A stretch of 61,019 nt of DNA from an uncultured virus (IMG/VR IMGVR_UViG_3300029267_002506) (Duplodnaviria; Heunggongvirae; Uroviricota; Caudoviricetes): positions 1 through 61,019 of IMG/VR virus record IMGVR_UViG_3300029267_002506, one strand, 5' to 3'. The position numbers and the translations under genes are program-made. The notes beneath the pieces are model-generated. The model was not told the origin of the DNA. It did not search any database and saw only the letters and a program-made list of their open reading frames with translations. The number at the start of each line of letters is the position of its first letter. Within the stretch, counting starts at the first letter, position 1. This document shows, piece by piece, positions 7,624-17,313 of the stretch.

Positions 7624-9311
7624 TAACGGATCATTCTCCTGCGCAAGTGATAGCTAAATTGCTGTTCGATCAGGGCGTGTTTGACGCTCCTCCTTCGGAC
7701 GAATGGCCTTTGTACGTAGGCCATCTCCCTGGTGATAAGACAGTCCGCCAAGCTGCGTCTATAGTAGACACAGCTGCGCAGATGGAAGGACGCATACTGG
7801 CCACAGGAGAAGTTATAGAGCATCCGGGACTACAGATCAGGACTAGATCATCCTCCCATCCCTCCGCGTATCAGAAGGTGGTCCAGGCGGCAGAGGCGTT
7901 GTCCGGAGTAAACCGTATAGGGGTAAGGATGGAGGATGGCACGTGGTACACCGTTCATGCTGCTTCACGGTTTTCATCTATTTTGGCGATGGGATTGGAG
8001 GAGGAAACCAGGTTGTGGAACTTTAGCGTAAATTACACCATTACGATATCAGATCTGCTGGTAACTTCTGTTACTCAAAAGCAACACGGGTTGTATGATG
8101 TTCATCTAGGTGTGACTGGATCGCAGAGAGGAACGTTTGATGTCTATCTTGGAGTAGTGGATAAGGTGAGAGGTACTTATGACGTGTTGTTCCCCGAGTG
8201 GCCGGACGTTCCCACTGGGGACCAATTTCTGCATGAATTGGAAAATTGGCTCCCGGACGGGACGCCATCTGTGATAGTGGGTAATATGGGAGCAGATTTA
8301 TCAGGCACCGGCAAGTGGACCTTTGCTCCCACTTGGAAAAATGGGAAGCTGTATGGAATTCCAACCTCTGCTGAAGACATCCTTATCATCGACACCAATC
8401 CTCTTAGTCCTGATGCAGGTACTGCAACCCGGAGTAACATGGGAGAGGACTTGTCAGGAGCGGGCAAGTGGGCTGGTGGGGTGTCTTCTTCTGTCGATGA
8501 GAGGATATATGGCATACCTCATGGGGCCACTGAAATTCTCATTATCGATCCAGCGACAAGTTCTGCTGTCAAAAGTAATTTAGGAGCAGATTTGTCTGGG
8601 ACAGTAAAATGGAATGGCGGTGCGGAAGGGGTGGACGGCAAAATTTACGGATGTCCGTTCCAAGCACCTGATATCCTCATCATCGATCCAGCGGCAGGTA
8701 CTGCAACCCGAAGTAACATGGGAGTATCGATGCCAGATCCAGTCAAATGGGCGGGATTGGTTCCTGGAGTAGATGGGAAGTTATATGGCATTCCTTGTTT
8801 TGCTTCAGATATCCTCATCATCGATCCAGTGGCAGGTACTGCAACCCGGAGTAACATGGGAGCGAGTTTGGCGGGTATGTACAAGTGGATGGGGGGAGTG
8901 GCTGGACCGGACGGGAAGATTTACGGCATCCCATTGCACGCCACAGATATTCTCATCATCGATCCCGTTGCAGGCACTGCTACTAAAAGCAACATGGGAG
9001 CAGATTTGTCAGGGACATTCAAATGGTCCAGTGGTTCGGTAGGTACGGATGGCAGGATATATGGGACTCCATATGACGCTGAAGACATCCTCATCATCGA
9101 TCCAGTGGCAGGTACTGCAACCCGAAGTAATATGGGGGCAGATTTGTCTGGGTCAAATAAGTGGGCGGGTATGGGGTTAGGCTTTGGAGGCGTGTTGTAT
9201 GGAATACCCTATACTGCTACTCAGATTTTGCAGATTAACGCTGCCGGGACCGGCGCAGACCGTTCTGCATTGGCAGATATGTCTATGTGTCCGTTTCTCA
9301 ACAAATTTTGA
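7620..9311 (+). CDS. Tail terminator-like domain fused to a 7-repeat beta-propeller
   Basis: N-terminal ~145 aa with EHPGLQIRTRS and FSVNY motifs; C-terminal 46-aa repeats KW.GG...DGKIYGIP..A.DILIIDP.AGTATRSNMG. Confidence 0.7.
   Translation: MITDHSPAQVIAKLLFDQGVFDAPPSDEWPLYVGHLPGDKTVRQAASIVDTAAQMEGRILATGEVIEHPGLQIRTRSSSHPSAYQKVVQAAEALSGVNRIGVRMEDGTWYTVHAASRFSSILAMGLEEETRLWNFSVNYTITISDLLVTSVTQKQHGLYDVHLGVTGSQRGTFDVYLGVVDKVRGTYDVLFPEWPDVPTGDQFLHELENWLPDGTPSVIVGNMGADLSGTGKWTFAPTWKNGKLYGIPTSAEDILIIDTNPLSPDAGTATRSNMGEDLSGAGKWAGGVSSSVDERIYGIPHGATEILIIDPATSSAVKSNLGADLSGTVKWNGGAEGVDGKIYGCPFQAPDILIIDPAAGTATRSNMGVSMPDPVKWAGLVPGVDGKLYGIPCFASDILIIDPVAGTATRSNMGASLAGMYKWMGGVAGPDGKIYGIPLHATDILIIDPVAGTATKSNMGADLSGTFKWSSGSVGTDGRIYGTPYDAEDILIIDPVAGTATRSNMGADLSGSNKWAGMGLGFGGVLYGIPYTATQILQINAAGTGADRSALADMSMCPFLNKF
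8280..9245 (+). repeat. Coding tandem repeats, about 138-nt period, 7 units
   Basis: ATCCTCATCATCGATCCAG(C/T)GGCAGGTACTGCAACCCG occurs at 8673, 8811 and 9087 (spacing 138 and 276 nt). Confidence 0.85.
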
Positions 9312-9322
9312 GGAGGTAAAGA

Positions 9323-9943
9323 ATGAGCGTGCAGGCAAGTATCAAAAAGACCGTTACCATGGGTGGAATTTCCTTCAGTCAATCTTCCACACTCACTGCG
9401 GATGGCCTAGTGGTGTTTCAAGCGATTCTTGGAGCAGCAGACGTTCAGGAGGGGCAACTAACTGGTCGAGGTTCTGCCTATGAGGGGACTGTCACATTAG
9501 AGGATAGTGGGCATGGGTTTGAGGCAGGTGATAGGGTAAACGTAGCGTGGGATGATGGGCAACGGTTCTATATGGAGGTCACAGACGTAGATGGGGATGA
9601 GATAACAATAAAGAATGGAGGAGGGGATAGTTTGCCGGATACCCTTCCCACTCCAACGGATGTGACAGTAACTAAGGCGACATCATTGGATATCGACATC
9701 CAGGGCACCAATATTGTCGCCATCCTTCTCCATACCACGCAACATGGGTACTTTACCTTCAACACGCCATTGAATGAGCCCACATTTACACCAGAAGTGA
9801 ATGCAGGGTATGCATACGATTGGTCTGAAGGTTGCGGGATTGAGAATCCTGTCCAGCATGACGTGGGTTCGATAGGGGTAGCCCATTCAAATGCCAGCGC
9901 AGGGGCAACTATGACCATTGGAATTCTGTATCAGAATGATTGA
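9323..9943 (+). CDS. Putative structural protein, paralog A
   Basis: Similar along its whole length to 9956-10561; located in the tail module. Confidence 0.6.
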   Translation: MSVQASIKKTVTMGGISFSQSSTLTADGLVVFQAILGAADVQEGQLTGRGSAYEGTVTLEDSGHGFEAGDRVNVAWDDGQRFYMEVTDVDGDEITIKNGGGDSLPDTLPTPTDVTVTKATSLDIDIQGTNIVAILLHTTQHGYFTFNTPLNEPTFTPEVNAGYAYDWSEGCGIENPVQHDVGSIGVAHSNASAGATMTIGILYQND

Positions 9944-9955
9944 TTGGAGGTTGTT

Positions 9956-10561
9956 ATGAGTTTGTCAGGTGTCGTCAGAAAGAATATGTCGTTAGGAGGT
10001 GCTAGTTTCAACCAGTCCTCCACTCTGACAGGGGACGGTGCGATTGTCCATGATGTGAGTGTAGATGCAGGAGAAGCAGGGGACCTCACCACCCGCACAG
10101 ATAACGATACGGGTGTGGTAACAGTGGATGATAGTGGGCATTCATTTGAGCAGGATGACAGGGTGGATCTGTATTGGGATGGAGGCTGTCGTAGGGGAAT
10201 GTCTGTTACCAATGTTTCCGTCAACGCCATTTCGATTGATGGAGGTTCTGGTGACAATCTTCCCACACAGGATACGGATGTGGTATTGATTGCGCCGACA
10301 GAACTTGATGTGGCGGTGCTTGGCACAAATGTCCAGGCCATTCTGCTATATACAGAGAAGCTAGGTCAGTTTTCCTTCTGTGCTACTGGGCCGACAGAAC
10401 ATTGGCAGAAAGAATTGGGGGAGGGGAAGGTGTTCATCTGGGAGACGGGAGATGGGAGTGATAATCCCATCACAGGTGATTCTATTGTGTATGTGTATGT
10501 TTCGCATGGGGATGCAGCCGCTGCTACTATGCGTGTAGGGGTGTTATATAACAACGAGTAA
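9956..10561 (+). CDS. Putative structural protein, paralog B
   Basis: Shares GG.SF.QSSTLT.DG, DSGH.FE..DRV and ATM..G.LY with paralog A; GGAGG RBS. Confidence 0.6.
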   Translation: MSLSGVVRKNMSLGGASFNQSSTLTGDGAIVHDVSVDAGEAGDLTTRTDNDTGVVTVDDSGHSFEQDDRVDLYWDGGCRRGMSVTNVSVNAISIDGGSGDNLPTQDTDVVLIAPTELDVAVLGTNVQAILLYTEKLGQFSFCATGPTEHWQKELGEGKVFIWETGDGSDNPITGDSIVYVYVSHGDAAAATMRVGVLYNNE

Positions 10562-10605
10562 CAACCAATTAGACACTGTAGGAATGAACCTACAAGGAGG
10601 ATGTG

Positions 10606-11025
10606 ATGGCAAGGATAGATGATGGCTTTCAGACCCTGGTTTCATTTGCGAATTACCCAGATGTGCTTCTGTGGGAAAAGGAGGTCACCCCTCCGGGAGT
10701 GGATGGAGGCGGGGCTAATGAAACCACGACAATGCGGAACACGGCATGGAGGACCCGTTCGCCCAAGCAACTGAAGACTCTTACCGATGCATCTGGAGTG
10801 TATGCGTATGATCCGGCTGCTTATGAGGATTTGGTGGACATGGTCAATGAGAATCAGCAGATCACGATTACATTTGCTGACGGGCAGACTTTGACATTTT
10901 GGGGTTGGTTGGATAAGTTCACGCCACAAAGGGTTGTTGAAGGTGAGCAACCCACCGCAGAAGTTACCATTGTTCCCTCGAATCAGAATGCGGCTGGAGA
11001 AGAGGAAGCACCTGTATTGGCGTAA
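10606..11025 (+). other. Major tail tube protein
   Basis: About 140 aa; VTPPGVDGG and ITITFADGQTLTFWGWL; precedes the chaperone and tape measure genes. Confidence 0.75.
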
Positions 11026-11064
11026 TAGGCAAGGGCAGACGTGCCCAATGGAAAGGATGACCAC

Positions 11065-11430
11065 ATGAAAACAGACGCTATCAGAGTAACCCATAAGCTA
11101 GATGAGATCCCAGTGGTGATGGAGATGGAGGATGGTTCGGAGCGGCATCTAGTGCTACGGGAGATGCACGGTACAGGCCGCGACGCGTACCTCCAAAGCA
11201 TGGCTGGAAGAATGAGGACAGACGCGAAGGGAAATATTATTGGTGTCAAGAACTTTGACGGACTGCAAGCTAGCTTGCTTTCCAAGTGCTTGTATGATGA
11301 GGTTGACGAGCTGGTCTCTGTCAAAGAGATTCAAGCATTCCCTACTAAGGCTGTGATCACTCTATTCAAGGCTGCTCAGAAACTGAATGGCCTTGAGCAG
11401 GACGCAGAGGATGACGCAAAAAACGACTGA
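11065..11430 (+). CDS. Tail assembly chaperone (lambda G-like)
   Basis: Between tail tube and tape measure genes; ends DDAKND* on a slippery site. Confidence 0.8.
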   Translation: MKTDAIRVTHKLDEIPVVMEMEDGSERHLVLREMHGTGRDAYLQSMAGRMRTDAKGNIIGVKNFDGLQASLLSKCLYDEVDELVSVKEIQAFPTKAVITLFKAAQKLNGLEQDAEDDAKND

Positions 11431-11479
11431 AGGGAGAGAGGAGGGCTTGGTACAAGCTGGCATCCCTCCTCCATCTCCC
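11418..11479 (+). promoter_or_regulatory. Programmed -1 frameshift signal: A AAA AAC plus downstream hairpin
   Basis: Heptamer at 11418-11424, 7-nt spacer, then stem GGGAGA-GAGGAGGG / CCCTCCTC-ca-TCTCCC (11432-11479). Confidence 0.85.
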
Positions 11480-11792
11480 TCTCCGAGACACAATGGACAG
11501 GACCTCTTCCAAGGAGTTTGTGGAATGGATGGTATTCCTGAAGGAGGAAAGGAACGAGAAGGAAAAGCAGGACTATTATTTGGCGTTGATAGCCACAGAG
11601 GTCCGACGGTCTTACTTGAAGGATCCACGGTCTGTCAGGTTGGAGGACATGCTATTGGACTTTGGGACTGCTACTCCAAAACGTCCAAATGATCTGAGTA
11701 TAGAGGAACAGAGGAAACAAAGGTTGATGACGTCTAAATCATTCTGGTTTGCCTTGACAGGAGTGAAGCGTGTTCGGAATAAATCTAGGTAA
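11424..11792 (+). CDS. Frameshifted chaperone extension (lambda GT-like)
   Basis: The -1 frame is open from the slip site: RLKGERRAWYKLASLLHLPLRDTMDRTSSKEFVEW... Confidence 0.75.
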   Translation, partial: RLKGERRAWYKLASLLHLPLRDTMDRTSSKEFVEWMVFLKEERNEKEKQDYYLALIATEVRRSYLKDPRSVRLEDMLLDFGTATPKRPNDLSIEEQRKQRLMTSKSFWFALTGVKRVRNKSR

Positions 11793-14067
11793 CCTCATCG
11801 TTCATTTGCGTACTGAATCGTCTCAGTATGAGCGCGGCTTGAAGATGGCCGAACACCAATTGAATGGCACTGCCCGAGCCATGAAAGCTATGGGCAGGTC
11901 TATGTCTATGTATGTAACTGCTCCTATAGCAATGCTGGGAGGAGCAGGGGTGAAAGCCTTTGCAAGTTTTGACCAGGCGATGACTGAATCCTTAGCGATT
12001 CAAAAGGGTGTGTCAGAACAGATGAAGTCCCAGATGAGGGATACCGCCAGAACTCTTTCCACAGAGACCATTACGTCAGCACAAGAACTTGCACAGAGTT
12101 ACTATTACTTGGCATCGGCGGGTATGAATGCGGAACAGTCTGTACAGGCTTTGGGAGCGGTGAATTCGTTCGCAGTGGCGGGCATGTTCGATATGAACCA
12201 GGCCACCACCTTGCTTGCAGATGCTCAAGCTGCATTAGGTATGAAAACTGACGATGCCGCTCAGAACATGCTGAACATGACCAAGGTGTCAGATGTACTA
12301 GTCAAAGCCAATACATTGGCCAATGCGTCAGTAGAGCAGTTTTCCAGGGCACTAACCAATAAGGCTGCCGCTTCCATCAAGCTTCTCAACAAGGACCTCG
12401 AGGAAGGGGTGGCTGTGTTAGCCGCGTATGCGGATCAGGGTATCAAAGGGGAACGGGCAGGAGAGGCTCTCAATATTGTGTCCAGAGACCTTCAGCGGGC
12501 AGCAATCAAGAGCACAGACGCTTGGAAGTCTATGGGCATATCAGTGTATGACAGCACAGGCACGATGCGGTCCTATGCTGACATTATCGGAGACCTAACG
12601 GGGTTGTTCTCTACTATGACAGATGAGCAGAAGAAACAGACTGCCGAGCAACTAGGGTTTCAGGCACGGTCTTTTTCCTACCTTCAGATGTTGTTGGGAA
12701 CGTCAGACAAGATTAGGCAATTCACGGAAGATTTGAGGGATGCGGGAGGAATGACCAAAGAAGTAGCAGAGAAGCAGTTGAAGTCTTTCACAAACCAAAT
12801 GAAGATTTTGAAGAATCAGATTATCGACGTGGCTATTGGAATAGGAGAGGTACTGTCTCCCCATATTCTAGCACTGAATGAGCGTATCAAAGACGCGATT
12901 AAATGGTGGGGAGGGTTGAGCCAACAGGCCAAGATGACGATAGTCCTAGTAGCCGCCATAACAGCAGCCATTGGACCAGCTTTGATTGCATTTGGGTTCT
13001 TGACCCAGGGCGTGGCTGCTGTCATTGCTGCGTTCAGATTGTTAACGGTTGTCGGGTGGAAATGGATGATTGTGATTGCTCTAGTGGGCACGGCGGTTTG
13101 GGCTGTTGTAGATGCTTTCGCCAAAGCAGATTTGGGGTTCCATAGTTTCATCGAAGGCATTGAGATAGGTGGAGCTCATTTGGGTACTTGGCTGAAAGTG
13201 GTAGCTACTGCTATATGGCAATCTTGGGACTGGGCAGTGAACAAGATGGCGTTAGGATGGGAGTGGCTAAAGACGGAGGTTACTAATGCTTTGGGAGTGG
13301 TGTGGAGATACTACATTACTATGATGTCGTCAGTATCGAGTCTGTTCTTTGGGGTGTTGGACAAGATTGTGCAGAAGCTCATTAAGTTTGCCACGTTTGC
13401 GGTGGATATAGGCAAAAAGACCAAGCTCATTAGTCAGGCTGATGCAGATGAAGCTATTACCGTTCTGGAAGGCATCAAGGGCGGGTGGAATGCCATGGTG
13501 GATGGGATGGATACGTCTTTTCAGGAAGCCATAGACCGTAGTTACTCCGCAGCAGAGCAGAGGACTATGGATTACTATCAGAAGGCAGCGGGATTAGATG
13601 AGCAGTACAAGGCTCAAGCTGCGGTATGGGAACAAGTCAGGAACCAGTTGTTTGCTGATGACGCATCTATAGCTAGTCCGGGCCTTGGGGAGTCTTTTGG
13701 CAAATTGGGTGGTGCCATTATGGACTTACCTGGGTTTAGGGATTTGAAGAAGTTTTTGGATGAGTTCTTTTCCTCTTCTGCCCAGAGTGTTGAGGCTGCT
13801 ACTGCCGCAGGCAAGGCTAGTGGTGTGGGGAAAGCAGTAGCAGATGCAGGAGTGGGAGGAGTCGCTTCTGGAGTAGGAACAGGGGCATTGGAACGTGTCG
13901 AATTCCAACAGATAGCATTGAACCGAATGAGTCTTGCGGGTCTAGCAGGAGCACCGCCATCACGAAAACAACAGGTAGAAGCACCAGGAGTGAATGAGAG
14001 GCTAGATACACTTATAGGACTACAGACTCAAAGTCTTAACCAGGGACAGCCGGTCTTGGTGGATTGA
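11770..14067 (+). CDS. Tape measure protein (TP901-like)
   Basis: 765 aa, Ala-rich helical; FASFDQAM, LASAGM and GIKGERAG motifs; central hydrophobic segments. Confidence 0.9.
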   Translation: MFGINLGNLIVHLRTESSQYERGLKMAEHQLNGTARAMKAMGRSMSMYVTAPIAMLGGAGVKAFASFDQAMTESLAIQKGVSEQMKSQMRDTARTLSTETITSAQELAQSYYYLASAGMNAEQSVQALGAVNSFAVAGMFDMNQATTLLADAQAALGMKTDDAAQNMLNMTKVSDVLVKANTLANASVEQFSRALTNKAAASIKLLNKDLEEGVAVLAAYADQGIKGERAGEALNIVSRDLQRAAIKSTDAWKSMGISVYDSTGTMRSYADIIGDLTGLFSTMTDEQKKQTAEQLGFQARSFSYLQMLLGTSDKIRQFTEDLRDAGGMTKEVAEKQLKSFTNQMKILKNQIIDVAIGIGEVLSPHILALNERIKDAIKWWGGLSQQAKMTIVLVAAITAAIGPALIAFGFLTQGVAAVIAAFRLLTVVGWKWMIVIALVGTAVWAVVDAFAKADLGFHSFIEGIEIGGAHLGTWLKVVATAIWQSWDWAVNKMALGWEWLKTEVTNALGVVWRYYITMMSSVSSLFFGVLDKIVQKLIKFATFAVDIGKKTKLISQADADEAITVLEGIKGGWNAMVDGMDTSFQEAIDRSYSAAEQRTMDYYQKAAGLDEQYKAQAAVWEQVRNQLFADDASIASPGLGESFGKLGGAIMDLPGFRDLKKFLDEFFSSSAQSVEAATAAGKASGVGKAVADAGVGGVASGVGTGALERVEFQQIALNRMSLAGLAGAPPSRKQQVEAPGVNERLDTLIGLQTQSLNQGQPVLVD

Positions 14068-14080
14068 TTAAGGAGAGGTT

Positions 14081-14926
14081 ATGCATCCATATATAGATCG
14101 CATTGAGACGTTGGAGTTGCGCGAAAAATGGGGAGTGATTGTTGGGTGTACGAAAAGGGCGTTTATCAATGAAGTAAGTGAGGATTGGGAAGATTTTGAA
14201 TCGGCCGCATATGCTATTCTGGATGAAGGAGGGCTGCCAGAGATAGGGTCATATTTAGATGACGACCGATGCAATCATCTTCACTTAGTGGATCGAATTG
14301 TGCGGATGGTGGACAAAAACGCCGCTCAGGTTGATTTGGTGTATGAGAAATTCAATGATCGTGGGCAATCCTTGTTACAAGGTTGGGCAACCATCACTAA
14401 CCGAAACGTAGCAGGGAAGATGCAGGCATCGGTAGCCCAGAAGGCCACCAATCTATATCGGGACGGAGGAGAGGGGTCACCAGAACCTATCACGCTTACT
14501 CATACTTATCCTGACACCGATCCAGACTATGCAGGAAGGACTATAGAGCAAACAGGAACCGTAGATGTATACCAACCGCAACGCACTTTCACTGTGGAAG
14601 GCATCAAGTTGATCCAGAATCCTTGGGACAAGGCGGATGATCTCATTGGTTCGGTGAATAGTTCCACTTGGCTAGGCCAGAAGAAACATACCTGGATGTG
14701 CACTGAAGTGACTTGGGAGTATCGTGATGAAGGCAACTATTTCATGACCTTCACCTTTCAACATAATCCAGATACATGGAACCCTACTGCTGTATTCATC
14801 GATGATCGAACAGGACGGCCACCGGAGGATTTGGTGGAAGATGAAGGATACAAATACATTCGGTATCACAAAGAAGTCAATTTCACCAAAGCGTTGGGTT
14901 TCTATGTAATTGGCCCTGCACAATAA
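14081..14926 (+). CDS. Tail tip/distal tail protein (putative)
   Basis: First gene after the tape measure; AAGGAG RBS. Confidence 0.55.
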   Translation: MHPYIDRIETLELREKWGVIVGCTKRAFINEVSEDWEDFESAAYAILDEGGLPEIGSYLDDDRCNHLHLVDRIVRMVDKNAAQVDLVYEKFNDRGQSLLQGWATITNRNVAGKMQASVAQKATNLYRDGGEGSPEPITLTHTYPDTDPDYAGRTIEQTGTVDVYQPQRTFTVEGIKLIQNPWDKADDLIGSVNSSTWLGQKKHTWMCTEVTWEYRDEGNYFMTFTFQHNPDTWNPTAVFIDDRTGRPPEDLVEDEGYKYIRYHKEVNFTKALGFYVIGPAQ

Positions 14927-14937
14927 TAGAGGATGTA

Positions 14938-15648
14938 ATGGCACAGATATCCAAACCGCCTGAGTTTAGTTCTGGAGCGAGGGTGATCTCAGCCAAAAAC
15001 TTGAATGAGCTGAGGGATGCTATCCCTCGCCTTTTGATTGGTGGGCGTGGGGTGAATATCACTTCATGTGGGGATAGATATATGGTGAGTTTGGCGGAGG
15101 AGCAGGGACGGTATCCTAGTCCCTTTGCGTTGATGGAGGTGGTTTGGGAGTATGGTCAGTTCCTGTGGTGCTACCGTAAGATGCTCGATGGGGATGATCA
15201 ACTAACAGCTGTGGCAAAACCTTGGCATTTACGGTGGGGAGTGAATTTTCCTGAGGTGGAAGGGGTGGAGTACGAATATCCTGATCGGGCAGATGATTAC
15301 CGTTTGGTCAATGGGATAACACAACAAATCTATCCACCCTATCAAGAAGGGCAAGAAATTCTAGCAGTCAGACTGCCTAGTGTCAGGATTGAAGAAGGAA
15401 GCTTGCAGTACCCAGAGTATCCCGCTGCGCCTCTTGTATGGCTGGATATGAACGTTGCTAATCGGAGTTGGGGTGCTCCTATCCATGCCCATAGTGGGAT
15501 ACATGATGGAGGTGCCCTTCAAAGCAATCTCACAGCGACCACAAATGAGGATGATGGAGATGAGGAATTGCCTCTCAAGTGGCGGAAAAGCGATGATGAG
15601 GTGACGAATGTGCCTCATTCTAGCAAGTGGCCTGATTTTGACCTGTAG
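14938..15648 (+). CDS. Putative tail protein
   Basis: Tail module position; N-terminal ISAKNLNEL motif. Confidence 0.5.
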   Translation: MAQISKPPEFSSGARVISAKNLNELRDAIPRLLIGGRGVNITSCGDRYMVSLAEEQGRYPSPFALMEVVWEYGQFLWCYRKMLDGDDQLTAVAKPWHLRWGVNFPEVEGVEYEYPDRADDYRLVNGITQQIYPPYQEGQEILAVRLPSVRIEEGSLQYPEYPAAPLVWLDMNVANRSWGAPIHAHSGIHDGGALQSNLTATTNEDDGDEELPLKWRKSDDEVTNVPHSSKWPDFDL

Positions 15649-15661
15649 AGGTAGATAGATA

Positions 15662-16777
15662 ATGGGATGTCAATCGGTAGTATTTAATGGATCTCCAGAG
15701 TATCGGATTATTGATCCAGGACATGATTTAGGATATGGAACGTTTCTAGGTGACCAAATGTCATATTACGGTCCTGTTGCTTGGGGTGGATGGAAGGAAC
15801 GTACAAGAGAGAATGGGGTGACCGTTCCTGATATTCTAATGGATCACTTCTTCATTGACAAAGGGGTAGACCCACTTCACATAAAAAGGAATCCCTTCGA
15901 TATATCTCATAATACATGGGAGGCGTTCAAGGAGTTTGTAGATGCGTGTCGAGAGGCAGAATGTGCTGGTCCATATAATTGGGACTCTTGTGAGATGAAT
16001 AGTGCCGCTGGGAATGCGGGCCCTTTGGCTTTTCGTAACAATTTGATGGCGGCTGCTGAATGGTGGAGGGGTTTTACTGCAACAAAAGCCAAAGGGTATA
16101 AGATGGCGGCTGAGTATTCGGCAACAGAGAATCCTTGGTCTGACGCCTTGGCAGCACTCCCATCCAATCCTGCAGGATTAAACACATGGGACGATGACTG
16201 GGACTTGGCAGGATTCACTGGAGAGGTTGTGCAATATCCAAGTGGGGGTCGAGGAGCATATGTCCAGATGGATAGACCCCTTTTCCGCTTGGAGGAAACT
16301 GGGCTTGGGAGAAGACAGTGGCCTAAAAATCCAAGCACTTTGGTTTTGGCAGTGGCTCCTTCCCATATATATGACTATTGGGGAAGGGGAAACTGGTCTC
16401 TTGAATGCAGAAAAGCATCTTCGCAATTGGATTGGGGTTTTGACAGTGTCAGCCCCCCTATCGCCAGCTGGTCCAAAGCAGAATTGGAGGCTGCTTTGGC
16501 TCGAATGACAGGACCTCCGGATTGGGATTATGGGTATGTCTACGCAGATGTAACCACTGCCTTGGATTGGCCGGTATTTCCGCTTCCCCACCCGGATATA
16601 TATCTCATGTTTACGTTGAATTGGGATAAATTAACTCATAGCAATGGATATATGTCAGACCCTCCGCCAGCCCCTGCTGCTAATGGCGGACGCTACTTTG
16701 AAGGCGTGTTTGTGTTTGGGACTAGAATAATAGCTTATGTTGATTCAATCGCGGACATTGGGGAGGATGCCAAGTGA
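15662..16777 (+). CDS. Putative tail/receptor-binding protein
   Basis: Trp/Gly/Pro-rich 371-aa ORF in the tail module. Confidence 0.45.
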   Translation: MGCQSVVFNGSPEYRIIDPGHDLGYGTFLGDQMSYYGPVAWGGWKERTRENGVTVPDILMDHFFIDKGVDPLHIKRNPFDISHNTWEAFKEFVDACREAECAGPYNWDSCEMNSAAGNAGPLAFRNNLMAAAEWWRGFTATKAKGYKMAAEYSATENPWSDALAALPSNPAGLNTWDDDWDLAGFTGEVVQYPSGGRGAYVQMDRPLFRLEETGLGRRQWPKNPSTLVLAVAPSHIYDYWGRGNWSLECRKASSQLDWGFDSVSPPIASWSKAELEAALARMTGPPDWDYGYVYADVTTALDWPVFPLPHPDIYLMFTLNWDKLTHSNGYMSDPPPAPAANGGRYFEGVFVFGTRIIAYVDSIADIGEDAK

Positions 16778-17295
16778 ATATACCTTTCACCCAAGTGGAG
16801 TATCTTGATGGGAATTGGGTATTCACATGGGCATCGGGTTTGGGCTCTGTGCGCGTGGTGTTATGGGGTGAGGAACTGACCACGACATCTGATAACACCT
16901 ATACTTATTCCTTCTCTATGTACAGTTCTGAGACAGAACCTCCGCCTATAGAGGTGGTGGCTGATGGAGAGTTGGCGGTCAGCGAAAAAAATCCAGGGTG
17001 TCTAACGCTGCAATGGTATCGTTCTGCTGGGAGTGCCTTTTATCGGATTGAATACAAGCAGGGAGGGACTTGGCATGTTGCAGGCAGCCTTCCAGATGAT
17101 AGTCTGGTTGGGGTGAATTCGTTTGTGACACCGCTCCTGAATGATCAGACTGTAGCAGAATGGAGAGTCATAGCAGTGGATGATAACCAGAGGGAAAGTG
17201 ATCCCCTCCCTTATGTGTGGATGATTGTTAGGCCACCAGACCCTCCAACAGGGGTTAGCGTGTCCTGTTCAGCTGGAACTCTTACTGTGGAGTAA
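16774..17295 (+). CDS. Tail protein with FN3/Ig-like domain
   Basis: LTLQW..YRIEY..WRVIAVDDNQRES..PPDPPTGVSV pattern. Confidence 0.55.
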   Translation: MNIPFTQVEYLDGNWVFTWASGLGSVRVVLWGEELTTTSDNTYTYSFSMYSSETEPPPIEVVADGELAVSEKNPGCLTLQWYRSAGSAFYRIEYKQGGTWHVAGSLPDDSLVGVNSFVTPLLNDQTVAEWRVIAVDDNQRESDPLPYVWMIVRPPDPPTGVSVSCSAGTLTVE

Positions 17296-17313
17296 CAAGA
17301 AAGGAACCAAATT

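Noticed and set aside
8280-9245. Repeats as a diversity-generating retroelement target
   Set aside because: No reverse transcriptase in the window; the repeats are in-frame protein repeats and differences are not confined to adenines.
10606-14926. Host assignment (tail genes recall Planctomycete-associated phages)
   Set aside because: Only an impression from memory; it cannot be supported without a database search.
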